NCBI GenBank assembly: GCA_035389045.1
Contig: DAOORA010000024.1
Span: 1-54,632, forward strand
Direction: 5' to 3'
From: Bacteroidales bacterium
GTDB lineage: Bacteria > Bacteroidota > Bacteroidia > Bacteroidales > CAIWKO01
Length of the DNA: 54,632 nt
The stretch's first letter is position 1. Each line of letters begins with the position of its first letter. Positions 9,417 through 22,444 of the stretch are shown here, piece after piece. The notes under the pieces were generated by a model. That model ran no database searches, was not told the DNA's origin, and worked only from the letters and a program-made list of their open reading frames with translations. The translations under genes were made by a program, and so were the position numbers.

Positions 9417-10370
9417 ATGAACCATGCCATAACAAAAACGAATTTTAACTTTCCCGGACAAGTCAGTTTTTACCAGGGAAAAGTCAGAGATGTCTATAAT
9501 ATTGATGATAAATTGCTGCTGATGGTTGTGACCGACCGCATATCGGCTTTCGATGTGGTGATGCCTGAAGGTATACCCTATAAAGGCCAGGTACTGAACC
9601 AGATCGCTGCCAGGTTTCTGGATGCTACAGAAGATATTGTCCCCAACTGGAAAATTGCCGTTCCTGACCCTATGGTCACGGCAGGCATCAGGTGCGAGCC
9701 TTTTAAGGTGGAAATGGTCATCAGGGGATATCTCTCAGGACATGCCTGGCGCGAATATAAAAGCGGAAAACGCATTCTGTGCGGGGTTGCCATGCCCGAC
9801 GGCATGAAAGAAAACGATAAATTTCCCTCGCCCATCATCACCCCTACCACCAAAGAATCCGCAGGGCATGATGAAGACATATCGAAAGAAGCGATCATCC
9901 GTCATGGGCTTGTTTCAGAGGAGGATTATGAGCAACTCGAAAATTATACATACCGGCTTTTTCAGCGGGGTTCGGAGATCGCTGAAAGAATGGGGCTGAT
10001 ACTCGTTGATACCAAATATGAGTTCGGGAAAAAAGATGACAGGATCATCCTGATCGATGAGATACACACCCCGGATTCCTCACGGTATTTTTATAAGCAG
10101 GGTTACGAAGACCTGCAGAATGAAAACCTGCCACAGAAACAGCTTTCCAAAGAATTTGTAAGGGAATGGCTGATGGAAAATGGGTTCCAGGGCAAGGATG
10201 GCCAGCAGGTTCCTGAAATGACCGGACCAATCATCAGCAATATTTCTGATCGGTATATTGAACTGTTCGAGAATATTACAGGAGAAAAATTTGTTAAGGA
10301 AGATTCCGCAAATGTTTTGCGCAGGATTGAAGATAATCTGAACCATTTTTTGCAGAAACATAAGTTCTGA
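9417..10370 (+). CDS. purC: Phosphoribosylaminoimidazole-succinocarboxamide synthase
   Basis: [34 protein letters not shown]; start moved to ATG 9417. Confidence 0.97.
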   Translation: MNHAITKTNFNFPGQVSFYQGKVRDVYNIDDKLLLMVVTDRISAFDVVMPEGIPYKGQVLNQIAARFLDATEDIVPNWKIAVPDPMVTAGIRCEPFKVEMVIRGYLSGHAWREYKSGKRILCGVAMPDGMKENDKFPSPIITPTTKESAGHDEDISKEAIIRHGLVSEEDYEQLENYTYRLFQRGSEIAERMGLILVDTKYEFGKKDDRIILIDEIHTPDSSRYFYKQGYEDLQNENLPQKQLSKEFVREWLMENGFQGKDGQQVPEMTGPIISNISDRYIELFENITGEKFVKEDSANVLRRIEDNLNHFLQKHKF

Positions 10371-10658
10371 CCTTTACAGAGTATTAGGCCATTTAAACTT
10401 TCGAATACCACGCAGGAAAAGTATTGACAGGTATTATGAGAGGTAATCAAATACGATGCTGCTTACGATGCATGTTTCCGATACGACCCGGCAGGATGTG
10501 CAACATCCATAATGACTATTCATTTTGGGCATTTGAGATCATTTTCAGGACATCTGATTCGGTTTACCACCAATGGAACAAATTGTGTCCGGGAAATAAT
10601 AACAGCTTATTAGCTGTAAGTATTAATGCTGCATAATGTAATAAAGCAGGAAAGAACC

Positions 10659-10970
10659 TTAAGCCTGCGCCGTAGGCCCGCCAAAGGTCAAATTGGACAG
10701 ATCCATAGGATTGTCATCATCTATGGTTCCGAAATTATCTTCAAATTTTGAGATATTGTCTTTCAGGGCATTAAGCAGGCGCTTGGCATGTTGCGGGGTG
10801 AGGATGATACGTGATTTTACTTTGGCCTTAGGAATTCCGGGCATAATTTTCACAAAATCCACAATAAATTCCGAATGGGAATGGGTAATAACCGCCAGGT
10901 TTGAATAAATACCTTCTGCAATATCTTCAGAAAGTTCGATGTTCAGTTGTTGTTCGTTTTTCTTTTCCAT
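10659..10970 (-). CDS. DUF3467 family protein
   Basis: IELSEDIAEGIYSNLAVITHS..EF..DF..PKAKVKSRIILTPQHAKRL; usual position after rpoC in Bacteroidota. Confidence 0.92.
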   Translation of the reverse strand: MEKKNEQQLNIELSEDIAEGIYSNLAVITHSHSEFIVDFVKIMPGIPKAKVKSRIILTPQHAKRLLNALKDNISKFEDNFGTIDDDNPMDLSNLTFGGPTAQA

Positions 10971-10981
10971 GGTTAAGCTTT

Positions 10982-11014
10982 AAAAAAGCATCACCGGACA
11001 TGATGCCCGGTGAT
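10982..11014 (-). terminator. Terminator-like hairpin after rpoC
   Basis: ATCACCGG..CCGGTGAT stem followed by GCTTTTTT on the minus strand. Confidence 0.65.
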
Positions 11015-11031
11015 ACAACATCATAATAATA

Positions 11032-14000
11032 CTATTCCTTATCTGTTCTGATATCTTCTTTTTCTTTGGAAGCTAACAGATTTTCATATTCTTCCCTGGT
11101 GCTGACGATAATTTTATCGTACTCGCGTAAGCCCGTACCCGCCGGTATCAGGTGTCCGACAATAACATTTTCTTTCAACCCGAGGAGATCGTCTGACTTG
11201 GCATACACGGCAGCATCGGTAAGTACTTTTGTAGTTTCCTGGAACGAAGCTGCTGATATCCAGCTTTTTGTCTGTAACGAGGCCCGGGTAATACCTTGTA
11301 ATACCTGTCGGGCTGTAGCCGGGCGGGCATCACGGGCTTCAATCAGTTTTTTATCCTTACGTTTAAGCACAGAATTCTCGTCTCTCAGTTTACGCGCAGG
11401 GATGATCTGTCCGGGTTTATAGTTGGTTTCATCGCCCGGAAAAACGATAACTTTTTTACCGTAGATCCAGTCATTTTCTTCCTGAAAATCTATCTTATTC
11501 ACGAGCTCTCCTTCGAGGAAACGGGTATCTCCCGGATCTTCGATCTCCACTTTACGCATCATCTGGCGCACAACCACTTCAAAATGCTTGTCGTTGATCT
11601 TTACACCCTGTAAACGGTAAACTTCCTGAATTTCGTTAACAATATATTCCTGAACATTGGTAGGACCTTTAATGGCAAGAATATCAGCAGGAGTAATTGC
11701 TCCATCAGACAGTTTATCACCGGCTTTTACATAATCATTTTCCTGTGCCAGTATCTGTTTGGTAGTTGCAACGAGATAACTTTTGCTTTCGCCGGTTTTG
11801 GAGGTAATAATAATCTCCTTGCTTCCGCGTTTGAGTTTTTTGCCGAAAGATACTACGCCGTCAATTTCGCTAACAATAGCGGGTTCAGAAGGATTACGTG
11901 CTTCAAACAATTCGGTTACCCTCGGCAGACCTCCGGTAATGTCACCGGATTTACCTACAGACCTGGGTATTTTGCACAAAACATCCCCTGCTTTCAACTT
12001 CTGGCCTTCGGTTACCTTGATATGCGCGCCTACCGGCATATCATACTGTTTAATAACCTCTTTGGTTTTTTCATTTACGATCTTTATCAGCGGATTTTTG
12101 GCCTTGTGCCTGGTTTCAATGATGACTTTGTCATGGAAACCTGTCTGTTCATCAGATTCTTCACGGAAAGTAACATTTTCTATGATATCTTCAAATACCA
12201 CTTTGCCGGGCACTTCGGAAACGATCAACGCATTAAAAGGATCCCAGTCACAGATCAGGTTCCCTTTTTTCACAAGGTCGCCGTTTTTGAAAAACAGGTT
12301 TGAACCATAGGGAATGTTTCCGGAAGTAAGGACAGTTTTGGTGTTCTGGTCCACAATTTTCATTTCGGCAGAACGGCCGATAACGATATTAAAATCTTTG
12401 CCCTGATCGTTGGTATAATGCACCGAACGAAGTTCTTCTATTTCAAGCATACCGTCGTATTTTGCTTCAATTTTTGATGATGAAGCAATGTTCACACCGG
12501 CCACACCTCCAACGTGGAAAGTCCGGAGTGTCAACTGTGTACCTGGTTCACCGATAGACTGTGCTGCAATAACCCCGACGGCCTCCCCTTTCTGGACAAG
12601 TTTACCCGTGGCGAGGTTTCTTCCGTAACATTTAGCGCATACCCCGTGGTGTGACTCGCAGGTGAGAACAGAACGAATTTCAACGCTGTCAAAAGGAGAC
12701 TGGGCAATAATATCACAAAAACTTTCTGTAAGTTCTTCCCCTGCCTTGATAATAAGTTCTCCGGTTTGCGGATGATAGATATCGTGCAGTGTCACGCGTC
12801 CGAGAATACGGTCATGCAATGTTTCCACAACATCTTCGTTCTTTTTGAGTGCGGTGATGGTAAGTCCTCTTAAGGTACCACAATCCTGTTCGGAAATAAT
12901 CACATCCTGTGTAACATCTACCAGGCGTCGTGTGAGGTAACCGGCATCAGCAGTTTTCAGAGCGGTATCGGCAAGACCTTTGCGGGCGCCGTGCGTAGAA
13001 ATAAAATATTCCAAAACCGATAAGCCTTCCCTGAAGTTTGACAAAATCGGGTTTTCGATGATTTCGCCGCCTGTGGCTCCTGATTTCTGTGGTTTTCCCA
13101 TCAGCCCCCTCATCCCGCATAACTGACGTATCTGTTCTTTAGAACCACGGGCGCCTGAGTCAAGCATCATGTATACCGGGTTAAAACCCTGCATGTGATT
13201 GGCCAGCTGGTTCATAAGAGTTTGCGTAAGACGGGAGTTGGTATGTGTCCACACGTCAATGATTTGGTTGTATCGTTCACTGTTGGTGATCAATCCTGCG
13301 CCATAATTACTTTTTATTTCAGCGACCTCAGTTTCAGCTTTTGCGATCATCTCAGGTTTTATCTGAGGCACTACCAGATCCCCCAGATTAAATGATAATC
13401 CACCCTTAAAAGCCATGGTGAAACCAAGTTCTTTGATATCATCGAGAAACTGCGCCGTACGGGCTGTTCCTGAAATCTTGAGAATTTCGCCAATGATATC
13501 GCGTAAGGCTTTTTTAGTCAGCAGTTGATTGATATATCCATATTCTCTGGGAACAACCTGGTTAAACAATACTCTTCCGACGGTGGTTTCAATAAGCTTA
13601 TTAACAATTTTACCGTCTTCCTTCACATTCACTTTTACTTTGATAAAAGCATGAAGGTCAACTCTCTTTTCATTATAGGCAATAATCACTTCTTCAGGAC
13701 CATAGAAAGTGAAACCTTCTCCTTTAACAGGATTTTCGGGTATGCTTTTTCTTCCCTTGGTGGTATAGTACAATCCCAGTACCATGTCCTGTGAAGGGAC
13801 TGTCACCGGGGCGCCGTTGGCCGGATTGAGAATATTGTGTGATGCGAGCATCAGTATCTGGGCTTCGAGCACGGCAGCATTTCCCAACGGCACATGAACG
13901 GCCATCTGGTCACCGTCGAAGTCGGCATTAAAAGCCGTACAGCACAGGGGGTGCAGCTGTATAGCCTTGCCTTCGATAAGTTTAGGCTGAAACGCTTGTA

Positions 14001-15336
14001 TCCCAAGGCGGTGCAAGGTCGGGGCGCGGTTGAGCATCACAGGGTGTCCCTTGAGAACGTTTTCAAGGATATCCCATACCACCGGATCTTTGCGGTCGAC
14101 AATCTTTTTTGCCGATTTCACTGTTTTCACAATACCTCTTTCCAGCATCTTCCTGATGATGAACGGTTTGAACAGTTCGGAGGCCATTTCCTTGGGGATA
14201 CCACACTCATTCAGTTTAAGTTCAGGGCCCACCACAATGACCGAACGTCCCGAATAGTCGACACGTTTTCCAAGTAAATTCTGACGAAAACGTCCCTGTT
14301 TACCTTTGAGGCTGTCGCTCAAGGATTTCAATGCACGGTTGGATTCTGTTTTGACTGCTTTTGCTTTTCTGGAATTGTCAAATAAAGAATCGACGGCTTC
14401 CTGAAGCATACGCTTTTCATTTCTAAGGATGACATCAGGAGCTTTGATCTCTATAAGCCTTTTCAGGCGGTTATTTCTGATAATAACCCTGCGGTACAGA
14501 TCATTAAGGTCGGAGGTGGCAAATCTTCCACCATCAAGTGGCACCAGCGGACGTAGTTCGGGAGGTATCACCGGGACAACTTTGACAATCATCCATTCGG
14601 GGTTATTCTCCATACGGAGGTTGGCTTCCCTAAATGCTTCCACAACCTGCAGGCGTTTCAATGCGTCCTGTTTACGTTGCTGTGAAGTTTCGTTGTTCGC
14701 TTTGTCTCTTAAAGTATAAGACAAACTATCGAGGTCGAGGCGCATTAAGAGATCATAAATTGCATCGGCGCCCATTTTTGCAACAAATTTGTTGGGGTCG
14801 GTGTCTTCGAGGTACTGATTTTCCTTTGGAAGTTCTTCAAGCACATTGAAATATTCTTCTTCAGTGAGAAAATCGAGATAGTTCAACCCCTCCTTGATCC
14901 CGGGATTTATTACGACATAACGTTCGTAGTAAATAATTGTTTCGAGTTTTTTGGAAGGCATACCCAGCAGCGCGCCGATTTTATTAGGCAGCGATCTGAA
15001 AAACCAGATATGCGCCACCGGAACCGTCAGCTGAATATGTCCTACACGTTCTCTTCTTACTTTTTTTTCTGTAACTTCAACTCCGCAACGGTCACAGACG
15101 ATACCTTTGTAACGGATACGTTTATATTTTCCGCAATGACATTCCCAGTCTTTCACCGGACCAAAAATACGCTCACAGAACAAACCATCGCGTTCGGGTT
15201 TGTATGTGCGATAATTAATGGTTTCCGGCTTCAGCACCTCGCCGCTTGAACGTTCAAGTATATGTTCAGGCGAGGCTAAACTTATTGTTATTTTAGAAAA
15301 ATTGCCTTTGGTGTTTAATTCTTTTCTAAAAGCCAT
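11032..15336 (-). CDS. rpoC: RNA polymerase beta' subunit
   Basis: [12 protein letters not shown] catalytic motif, Zn-finger CxC..Cxx[17 protein letters not shown]. Confidence 0.99.
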   Translation of the reverse strand: MAFRKELNTKGNFSKITISLASPEHILERSSGEVLKPETINYRTYKPERDGLFCERIFGPVKDWECHCGKYKRIRYKGIVCDRCGVEVTEKKVRRERVGHIQLTVPVAHIWFFRSLPNKIGALLGMPSKKLETIIYYERYVVINPGIKEGLNYLDFLTEEEYFNVLEELPKENQYLEDTDPNKFVAKMGADAIYDLLMRLDLDSLSYTLRDKANNETSQQRKQDALKRLQVVEAFREANLRMENNPEWMIVKVVPVIPPELRPLVPLDGGRFATSDLNDLYRRVIIRNNRLKRLIEIKAPDVILRNEKRMLQEAVDSLFDNSRKAKAVKTESNRALKSLSDSLKGKQGRFRQNLLGKRVDYSGRSVIVVGPELKLNECGIPKEMASELFKPFIIRKMLERGIVKTVKSAKKIVDRKDPVVWDILENVLKGHPVMLNRAPTLHRLGIQAFQPKLIEGKAIQLHPLCCTAFNADFDGDQMAVHVPLGNAAVLEAQILMLASHNILNPANGAPVTVPSQDMVLGLYYTTKGRKSIPENPVKGEGFTFYGPEEVIIAYNEKRVDLHAFIKVKVNVKEDGKIVNKLIETTVGRVLFNQVVPREYGYINQLLTKKALRDIIGEILKISGTARTAQFLDDIKELGFTMAFKGGLSFNLGDLVVPQIKPEMIAKAETEVAEIKSNYGAGLITNSERYNQIIDVWTHTNSRLTQTLMNQLANHMQGFNPVYMMLDSGARGSKEQIRQLCGMRGLMGKPQKSGATGGEIIENPILSNFREGLSVLEYFISTHGARKGLADTALKTADAGYLTRRLVDVTQDVIISEQDCGTLRGLTITALKKNEDVVETLHDRILGRVTLHDIYHPQTGELIIKAGEELTESFCDIIAQSPFDSVEIRSVLTCESHHGVCAKCYGRNLATGKLVQKGEAVGVIAAQSIGEPGTQLTLRTFHVGGVAGVNIASSSKIEAKYDGMLEIEELRSVHYTNDQGKDFNIVIGRSAEMKIVDQNTKTVLTSGNIPYGSNLFFKNGDLVKKGNLICDWDPFNALIVSEVPGKVVFEDIIENVTFREESDEQTGFHDKVIIETRHKAKNPLIKIVNEKTKEVIKQYDMPVGAHIKVTEGQKLKAGDVLCKIPRSVGKSGDITGGLPRVTELFEARNPSEPAIVSEIDGVVSFGKKLKRGSKEIIITSKTGESKSYLVATTKQILAQENDYVKAGDKLSDGAITPADILAIKGPTNVQEYIVNEIQEVYRLQGVKINDKHFEVVVRQMMRKVEIEDPGDTRFLEGELVNKIDFQEENDWIYGKKVIVFPGDETNYKPGQIIPARKLRDENSVLKRKDKKLIEARDARPATARQVLQGITRASLQTKSWISAASFQETTKVLTDAAVYAKSDDLLGLKENVIVGHLIPAGTGLREYDKIIVSTREEYENLLASKEKEDIRTDKE

Positions 15337-15374
15337 ATATTTATATTTCTATTTCCAAAATTCAGGAACAAACA

Positions 15375-18300
15375 TTATTCTTCAAAAGTGATATTAAGGC
15401 CTAAGCCTCTCAGTTCGTGAACGAGTACGTTAAAAGATTCGGGCACACCCGGTATGGACATGTTTTCTCCTTTCACGATCGCCTCGTATGCGCGGGCACG
15501 GCCGGTGACATCGTCTGACTTTATGGTCAGCACTTCCTGCAGAATATTAGCGGCTCCAAAAGCTTCGAGCGCCCAGACTTCCATTTCACCGAAACGTTGT
15601 CCTCCGAACTGTGCTTTACCACCGAGCGGTTGCTGCGTAATCAGTGAGTATGGGCCTATTGAACGGGCGTGCATTTTATCGTCAACGAGATGATGGAGTT
15701 TCAACATATAGATGACGCCTACGGTTGCCGGCTGGTCGAAACATTCTCCGGTTCCGCCGTCGCGCAGATATACTTTGCCGTTTGCCGGTAAACCTGCTTT
15801 CGCCATATAATCATTGATATCTTCAAGGGTAGCTCCGTTAAAAATGGGGGTATCGAATGACATTTGGAGTTTTTGCCCGGCCCATCCCAGAACAGTTTCA
15901 TAAATCTGTCCCAGGTTCATACGCGAAGGTACGCCGAGGGGGTTAAGCACCACATCAACAGGGGTTCCGTCATCAAGGAAAGGCATATCCTCATCGCGCA
16001 CGATACGGGCAACAATACCTTTGTTTCCGTGACGTCCTGCCATTTTATCACCGACCTTGAGTTTACGTTTCTTGGCTACATAGACTTTGGCCAGTTTAAC
16101 AATGCCTGATGGCAAATCATCACCCACTGTTTCTATGAATTTATTCCTGTTAAAAATTCCGAGCAGTTCACGATATTTTATGGTATAATTGTGGAGCAAC
16201 TGTTTGACAAGCTCATTAACATCCTTGTCGGCCGTCCATTTGGTAGGGTTAATTACCGTATAATCCAAAGCCATCAGCGCTTTGTGTGTGAATTTCGCCT
16301 TTTTGGGGATCAGTTCTACCTTAAGATTATCATAAACACCGTGAGAAGTTTTATTCTCAAGGATATCAAGTAATTTATCCACCAGCTTTTGTTTCAGGTC
16401 GTATGAAGATTTATTAAACTGGTCTTCAAAATCCTTCAGGGTTTCCTTTTCTTTTACCCTGTCTTTTTTATCCCTGATAACCCGTGAAAAAAGTTTTTTG
16501 TCGATCACGACACCTTTCATAGATGGTGGCGCTTTTAATGATGCATCTTTTACGTCGCCGGCTTTATCACCGAATATGGCACGCAGCAGTTTTTCTTCAG
16601 GGGTAGGGTCTGTTTCACCTTTGGGAGTGATCTTACCGATAAGGATATCGCCTTCATTCACTTCTGCTCCGATTCTGATGATACCGTTTTCATCGAGGTT
16701 GGCAGTGGCTTCGAGGCTGACATTGGGAATATCGTTGGTCAGTTCTTCCATGCCTCGTTTGGTTTCGCGAACCTCCAGAACAAACTCCTCAACATGCAGC
16801 GAAGTAAAAACATCTTCACGCACCACACGTTCTGAAATTACAATAGCATCTTCAAAATTATAACCTTTCCAGGGCATGAACGCCACTTTGAGGTTGCGGC
16901 CTAATGCCAGTTCCCCGTTTTGGGTGGCATAACCTTCACACAGCACATCACCTTTTTTAACTTTCTGGCCTTTACGGACAATGGGTTTAAGATTTATACA
17001 CGTGTTCTGGTTGGTTTTAACGAATTTGGGCAGGGCATATCTTTTAATATCGTCTTCAAAGCTGACTTTTCTTTCCCTGTCGGAACGTTCGTATTCGATG
17101 ACGATCTCTGTTGCGTCAACAATTTTCACTACGCCGTTACCTTCAGCATTGATGAGCACCCGTGAATCTTTTGCAACTTTTCCTTCCAGTCCGGTTTGAA
17201 CAATAGGAGCTTCAGGCACCATTAAAGGAACAGCCTGCCGCATCATGTTTGAACCCATGAGAGCCCTGTTGGCGTCGTCATGTTCAAGAAATGGGATCAG
17301 CGAAGCGGCAATAGAAGCTATCTGGTTGGGCGCCACATCCATCAATCCTATTTTCGTCGGTTCAAGAATAGGGTAATCAGCCTGAAACCTCGCTTTAACC
17401 TGCTCATTAACAAACTTCCCTGAGGTTTTGTCATAAGGAGTACTTGCCTGTGCAATCACTTTGTCTTCTTCTTCTTCTGCGGTAAGGTATACCGGCTTAT
17501 CATTCATTTTCACCTTGCCATTTTCGACAATATTATAAGGTGTTTCGATAAACCCGAGCTTATTGATCTTTGCATAAACGCAGAGTGAGGAAATAAGTCC
17601 TATATTCGGACCTTCGGGAGTCTCAATCGTACACAAACGTCCATAATGGGTGTAATGAACGTCACGGACTTCAAAACCGGCTCTTTCACGCGACAAACCT
17701 CCGGGTCCCAGGGCAGAAATCCTTCTCTTATGAGTAAGTTCTGATAGGGGGTTTGTCTGATCCATAAATTGCGATAGCTGGTTGGTTCCAAAAAAGGTAT
17801 TGATGACCGACGACAGTGTTTTGGCATTGATCAGATCCGCAGGAGTAAACACCTCATTATCACGCACATTCATTCTCTCACGGATGGTACGGGACATACG
17901 TGCCAGGCCAACACCGAATTGTCCATACAATTGCTCTCCAACAGTACGAACCCGACGGTTACTTAAATGGTCGATATCATCAACCTCAGTTTTCAGATTC
18001 TGAAGTTCAACAAGATACTTTATGATGGAGATAATATCTTCTTTGGTGAGTACTTTGGTAGTTACATTATCATCAAAATTGAGTTTTTTATTGATTCTGT
18101 AACGGCCCACATCACCGAGATCGTATCTTTTGTCGGAGAAAAATAATTTATCAATGATACCTCTTGCGGTATCTTCATCAGGAGGTTCGGCATTTCTGAG
18201 CAGCCTGTAGATAAATTCCACAGCTTCTTTTTCAGAATTGGCTGTGTCTTTCTGCAGGGTATTAAAAATGATGGAGTAGTCCGTACTGCTGTTGAGTTCG

Positions 18301-19187
18301 CTATGAATGAGTATCGTTTTCACACCGGCGTCAACAATGATGTCGATGTGCTCATTTTCAATCTGAGTTTCACGATCAATAAGCACTTCCGTACGTTCAA
18401 TAGATACGACTTCACCGGTATCTTCGTCAACAAAGTCTTCTATCCAGGAACGTACAACGCGTGCAGCGAGTTTCCGGCCAATAAGTTTCTTTAATGCAGA
18501 ACGGCTGACTTTTATTTCATCTGCCAGTTGGAATATTTCAAGAATCTCTTTATCAGACTGAAAACCAATTGCTCTTAACAATGTGGTGACGGGTAATTTC
18601 TTTTTGCGGTCGATGTAGGCATACATCACATTATTGATATCGGTGGCAAACTCAATCCACGAACCTTTAAAAGGAATAATGCGTGCAGAGTACAAGGTCT
18701 GGCCATTGGCGTGTCTTGTTTTCCCAAAGAAAACGCCTGGTGAACGATGTAATTGTGAAACGACCACCCTTTCGGCGCCATTAATAATAAATGTACCTTT
18801 GGGTGTCATATAGGGTATCATACCAAGGTAAACATCCTGAATGATCGTTTCAAAATCTTCATGTTCCGGGTCGGTACAATAGAGTTTCAGTTTGGCTTTG
18901 AGCGGCACACTAAATGTGAGACCCCGTTCCAGACACTCTTCAATTCCGTACCTCGGAGGGTCGATAAAATAATCCAGAAATTCTAAAACAAAATTATTTC
19001 GTGCATCCGAAATGGGGAAGTTTTCCGCGAAAACTTTGTACAAACCCTCATTTTGCCTGTTTTTAGGAGTGGTTTCTAACTGGAAAAAGTCCTGAAATGA
19101 CTTGACCTGGATATCAAGAAAGTCAGGGTATTCTGCCTGGACTTTTGTGGATGCAAAGTTGATTCTTTCAATTTTATTTGAAGCCAA
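15375..19187 (-). CDS. rpoB: RNA polymerase beta subunit
   Basis: [34 protein letters not shown] start. Confidence 0.99.
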   Translation of the reverse strand: MASNKIERINFASTKVQAEYPDFLDIQVKSFQDFFQLETTPKNRQNEGLYKVFAENFPISDARNNFVLEFLDYFIDPPRYGIEECLERGLTFSVPLKAKLKLYCTDPEHEDFETIIQDVYLGMIPYMTPKGTFIINGAERVVVSQLHRSPGVFFGKTRHANGQTLYSARIIPFKGSWIEFATDINNVMYAYIDRKKKLPVTTLLRAIGFQSDKEILEIFQLADEIKVSRSALKKLIGRKLAARVVRSWIEDFVDEDTGEVVSIERTEVLIDRETQIENEHIDIIVDAGVKTILIHSELNSSTDYSIIFNTLQKDTANSEKEAVEFIYRLLRNAEPPDEDTARGIIDKLFFSDKRYDLGDVGRYRINKKLNFDDNVTTKVLTKEDIISIIKYLVELQNLKTEVDDIDHLSNRRVRTVGEQLYGQFGVGLARMSRTIRERMNVRDNEVFTPADLINAKTLSSVINTFFGTNQLSQFMDQTNPLSELTHKRRISALGPGGLSRERAGFEVRDVHYTHYGRLCTIETPEGPNIGLISSLCVYAKINKLGFIETPYNIVENGKVKMNDKPVYLTAEEEEDKVIAQASTPYDKTSGKFVNEQVKARFQADYPILEPTKIGLMDVAPNQIASIAASLIPFLEHDDANRALMGSNMMRQAVPLMVPEAPIVQTGLEGKVAKDSRVLINAEGNGVVKIVDATEIVIEYERSDRERKVSFEDDIKRYALPKFVKTNQNTCINLKPIVRKGQKVKKGDVLCEGYATQNGELALGRNLKVAFMPWKGYNFEDAIVISERVVREDVFTSLHVEEFVLEVRETKRGMEELTNDIPNVSLEATANLDENGIIRIGAEVNEGDILIGKITPKGETDPTPEEKLLRAIFGDKAGDVKDASLKAPPSMKGVVIDKKLFSRVIRDKKDRVKEKETLKDFEDQFNKSSYDLKQKLVDKLLDILENKTSHGVYDNLKVELIPKKAKFTHKALMALDYTVINPTKWTADKDVNELVKQLLHNYTIKYRELLGIFNRNKFIETVGDDLPSGIVKLAKVYVAKKRKLKVGDKMAGRHGNKGIVARIVRDEDMPFLDDGTPVDVVLNPLGVPSRMNLGQIYETVLGWAGQKLQMSFDTPIFNGATLEDINDYMAKAGLPANGKVYLRDGGTGECFDQPATVGVIYMLKLHHLVDDKMHARSIGPYSLITQQPLGGKAQFGGQRFGEMEVWALEAFGAANILQEVLTIKSDDVTGRARAYEAIVKGENMSIPGVPESFNVLVHELRGLGLNITFEE

Positions 19188-19243
19188 AGTCGTAAGGTTT
19201 TAAGTTGAGAAAAAATAATTTAATGAACGTGTATAAAAACAAT

Positions 19244-19275
19244 GTTCAGACACCCTTCAACGAGGGTATCTGAAC
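19244..19275 (-). other. Stem-loop between rplL and rpoB (attenuator/processing site)
   Basis: GTTCAGA.ACCCT / AGGGT.TCTGAAC inverted repeat. Confidence 0.55.
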
Positions 19276-19296
19276 TATTATATTCTTTATTTTTCT

Positions 19297-19680
19297 TTAC
19301 TTAATTTCAACCTCAGCGCCAGCCTCCTCCAGTTGGGTTTTTAATGCGTTAGCTTCGTCTTTGCTGATTCCTTCTTTTATCGCTTTAGGAGCTGCATCAA
19401 CTAATTCCTTAGCTTCTTTTAATCCCAGGCTGGTTAACTCTTTTACAAGTTTTACCACACCTAATTTAGCCTGACCTGCTGATTTTAAAATCACGTCGAA
19501 GCGCGTTTTTTCTTCAGCTTCGGCACCACCTTCGGCGGCTCCGGCTGCCGGAGCGGCAACGACTGCTGCTGCTGCTGCGGGTTCAATTCCGTATTCGTCT
19601 TTCAAAATTTTTGCTAATTCGTTAACTTCTTTTACGGTTAAATTAACTAACTGTTCTGCAAAAGCCTTTAAATCTGCCAT
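19297..19680 (-). CDS. rplL: 50S ribosomal protein L7/L12
   Basis: LTVKEVNEL, Ala-rich hinge, [18 protein letters not shown]. Confidence 0.99.
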   Translation of the reverse strand: MADLKAFAEQLVNLTVKEVNELAKILKDEYGIEPAAAAAVVAAPAAGAAEGGAEAEEKTRFDVILKSAGQAKLGVVKLVKELTSLGLKEAKELVDAAPKAIKEGISKDEANALKTQLEEAGAEVEIK

Positions 19681-19729
19681 TTTATTAAAGTTTTAATTGG
19701 TTTACAAAAAGATTTTTTTATTAATTGAT

Positions 19730-20257
19730 TTATTCAGGTTTTTCTGATAATGTTTTCACGATACCTGAAATCGTGTGGCCACCCGACTGCAAAGCACTGA
19801 TAACATTCTTTGCGGGTGACTGCAGTAATCCGATGATATCTCCGATAAGCTCATTTTTGGATTTCAGTGCAACAAGTACTGAAAGCTGATCGTTGCCCAG
19901 ATAAGTTGATTCCTCAATGAAAGCTCCTTTTAAAATTGGTTTTTCCAACCTGAAAGTCTTTCTGAATTCGGTGATCAATTTTGCCGGGACATTTGCGGTT
20001 TCGCACATCATTAAAGAGGTGCCGCCATTCAGCACGGGATATAATGATTCAAAATTCCGTTCGGAACGTTCCATTGCTTTTTTAAGCAATGTATTTTTTA
20101 CAACGGTGAGCTTTATGTTGCGTTTAAAACATAAACGACGAAGTTCGTTCGTGGTAGCAACAGTCAAATCGGAAATATCCGTTACATAAAAGTTACTGGC
20201 AGACTTCAGCGTATTGCTCAAGGCCTCAATAACTTTTTCTTTTTCTTCTTTTTTCAT
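19730..20257 (-). CDS. rplJ: 50S ribosomal protein L10
   Basis: VVKNTLLKKA, LLQSPAKNVISALQS; operon position. Confidence 0.98.
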   Translation of the reverse strand: MKKEEKEKVIEALSNTLKSASNFYVTDISDLTVATTNELRRLCFKRNIKLTVVKNTLLKKAMERSERNFESLYPVLNGGTSLMMCETANVPAKLITEFRKTFRLEKPILKGAFIEESTYLGNDQLSVLVALKSKNELIGDIIGLLQSPAKNVISALQSGGHTISGIVKTLSEKPE

Positions 20258-20285
20258 AAATTTCAGATTATTTCCTTGTTAAAAA

Positions 20286-20978
20286 TTAAATTACTGATTT
20301 TGTGTCGATCTGAATACCCGGGCTCATAGTAGAAGACATATAAATGCTCTTAATATAAGTACCCTTGGCGGATGAAGGTTTCAATCGGAGAATAGTCTGC
20401 AGAATTTCTCTGGCGTTGTCGGCTATTTTATTGCTATCGAACGAAACCTTGGCAATACCGGCATGGATGATACCAAATTTATCGACTTTAAAATCAATTT
20501 TACCGGCTTTGACCTCTTTCACCGCTTTACCAACATCCATGGTGACCGTTCCTGATTTAGGATTCGGCATCAGCCCACGCGGACCAAGGACACGGCCTAA
20601 AGCACCAACTTTCGGCATAACACTCGGCATAGTTATAATGACATCTACGTCGGTCCATCCTTCTTTAATCCTGGCAATGTAATCATCAAGACCGTAATAG
20701 TCGGCTCCGGCATTTTTTGCTTCCTCTTCTTTATCAGGAGTGCACAAAACCAAAACCCTGACCTTCTTGCCTGTTCCGTGAGGTAATGTAACGATACCGC
20801 GTACCATCTGATCGGCTTTTCGGGGGTCAACACCCAGGCGCACGTCAATATCAACAGACGAGTCAAACTTAGTATAGGTGATTTTTTTCACCATTGCAGC
20901 AGCCTCGTCTAAGGATAAAGCCGATTTTTTATCGATGAGTTTTATTGCCTCTTTTCTTTTCTTTGTAATTTTAGCCAT
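20286..20978 (-). CDS. rplA: 50S ribosomal protein L1
   Basis: [28 protein letters not shown]. Confidence 0.99.
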   Translation of the reverse strand: MAKITKKRKEAIKLIDKKSALSLDEAAAMVKKITYTKFDSSVDIDVRLGVDPRKADQMVRGIVTLPHGTGKKVRVLVLCTPDKEEEAKNAGADYYGLDDYIARIKEGWTDVDVIITMPSVMPKVGALGRVLGPRGLMPNPKSGTVTMDVGKAVKEVKAGKIDFKVDKFGIIHAGIAKVSFDSNKIADNAREILQTILRLKPSSAKGTYIKSIYMSSTMSPGIQIDTKSVI

Positions 20979-21006
20979 TGTTCAAAAGTTAAAAGTTTAC
21001 CACTTA

Positions 21007-21450
21007 TTATACTGTAAAAGGTGGATTTCCCTGAACAGATATTCCCATACTGCGTGCAGTACCCGCAACCATTTTCATCGCCGATTCAAGTGTAAATGAA
21101 TTCATATCCACCATTTTGGCTTCAGCAATTTGTTTCACCTGATCCCAGCTGATGGAACTTATTTTATTCCGGTTGGGTTCTGCTGATCCTTTTTGCTTTT
21201 TGGTTGCTTCGAGCAACTGCACTGCAACGGGGGGAGTTTTGATAATGAAATCAAAGGATTTATCCTTATAAACAGTGATAATAGCAGGGATAAGTTTCCC
21301 TACGCTGTCCTGCGTACGGGCATTGAACTGCTTACAGAATTCCATAATATTCACGCCTTTGGCACCCAATGCAGGGCCTACAGGTGGTGAAGGATTAGCT
21401 GCTCCGCCTTTGATTTGTAATTTGATAATTCCGCTTACTTCTTTTGCCAT
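21007..21450 (-). CDS. rplK: 50S ribosomal protein L11
   Basis: [28 protein letters not shown]. Confidence 0.99.
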   Translation of the reverse strand: MAKEVSGIIKLQIKGGAANPSPPVGPALGAKGVNIMEFCKQFNARTQDSVGKLIPAIITVYKDKSFDFIIKTPPVAVQLLEATKKQKGSAEPNRNKISSISWDQVKQIAEAKMVDMNSFTLESAMKMVAGTARSMGISVQGNPPFTV

Positions 21451-21485
21451 TTTTTTTTAATTTAGCATAGTAAAACAATAAACCG

Positions 21486-22028
21486 TCATTCTTTTTCAAC
21501 CTGCATAAAACTAAGTTCCAGAGGGGTTTTTCTGCCGAAGATCTTGACCATCACTTTTAGTTTTTTCTTTTCTTCATTCACTTCTTCGATAATACCGCTG
21601 AAACTGTTAAAAGGTCCGTCAATTACCCTTACAGATTCTCCGATGATAAATGGCTCGCTGATTTCTTCCCCTTTTTCGGAGAGTTCGTCAACTTTGCCCA
21701 ATATCCTGTTAACTTCGGCGGTTCTCATTGGAATAGGTTCACCTTTTGAACCCAGGAAGCCCAATACGCCGGGGACATTTTTAATTATATGAGCAACCTC
21801 ACCTACGAGCAAGGCTTCAATCAACACGTAACCAGGAAAAAAATTTCTTTCCTTGCTGATTTTTTTACCTTTTCGTACCTGGTAAACTTTTTCCGTTGGT
21901 ATCAGCACCTGTGATACAAAGTCTTTAAGATTCTGATGATTGATCTCACTTTCAATCAACTCCTTGACCTTCTTTTCTTTACCACTGATGGCTTTTACAA
22001 CATACCATTTTTTAACTTGATCGCTCAT
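21486..22028 (-). CDS. nusG: Transcription termination/antitermination factor NusG
   Basis: [45 protein letters not shown]. Confidence 0.99.
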   Translation of the reverse strand: MSDQVKKWYVVKAISGKEKKVKELIESEINHQNLKDFVSQVLIPTEKVYQVRKGKKISKERNFFPGYVLIEALLVGEVAHIIKNVPGVLGFLGSKGEPIPMRTAEVNRILGKVDELSEKGEEISEPFIIGESVRVIDGPFNSFSGIIEEVNEEKKKLKVMVKIFGRKTPLELSFMQVEKE

Positions 22029-22087
22029 AAATTAAACTCCCTTGGGAGATATATAATGAAATTGACAGAACAACGATTTTGATAAAA

Positions 22088-22279
22088 CTAAAACAGACTG
22101 TAAAACTGTTTCAGCAACGTACTGAATGTCACGTCCATCAGATATACCACAACTGCGATAATCAGGGAAGCAATGGACACGACAATTGCACTATTTTGAA
22201 GCTCACTCCATGTAGGCCATGAGACTTTGTGTACCAATTCGTCGTAGCTTTCTTTAATATAATTTTTTATTTTTTTCAT
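22088..22279 (-). CDS. secE: Preprotein translocase subunit SecE
   Basis: EL.HKVSWPT plus one TM helix; true start ATG 22279 (the longer ORF overlaps tRNA-Trp). Confidence 0.96.
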   Translation of the reverse strand: MKKIKNYIKESYDELVHKVSWPTWSELQNSAIVVSIASLIIAVVVYLMDVTFSTLLKQFYSLF

Positions 22280-22294
22280 AAAAGCTTTTATTTG

Positions 22295-22367
22295 CACGGG
22301 TGGTAGGGATCGAACCCACAACCTACGGTTTTGGAGACCGCCACTCTACCAATTGAGCTACACCCGT
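22295..22367 (-). tRNA. tRNA-Trp (CCA)
   Basis: Cloverleaf ACGGGTG..GCGGT-CTCCAAA-ACCGT..GTTCGAT..CACCCGTG. Confidence 0.96.
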
Positions 22368-22397
22368 TTAAACTCACATAACAAGCTTTATCATAAA

Positions 22398-22431
22398 CAA
22401 AGGTATTCCGGAAAGTACCGGAACACCTTTG
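22398..22431 (-). other. Stem-loop 3' of tuf
   Basis: CAAAGGT.TTCCGG / CCGGAA.ACCTTTG inverted repeat. Confidence 0.55.
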
Positions 22432-22444
22432 CCATCAGTTTATA

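Noticed and set aside
11032..19187. Inteins or unusual insertions in RpoB/RpoC
   Set aside because: Lengths (1270 and 1434 aa) are typical for Bacteroidota; no intein or LAGLIDADG motifs were seen.
22280..22321. N-terminal extension of SecE in the ORF track
   Set aside because: It overlaps tRNA-Trp; ATG 22279 gives a normal 63-aa SecE.
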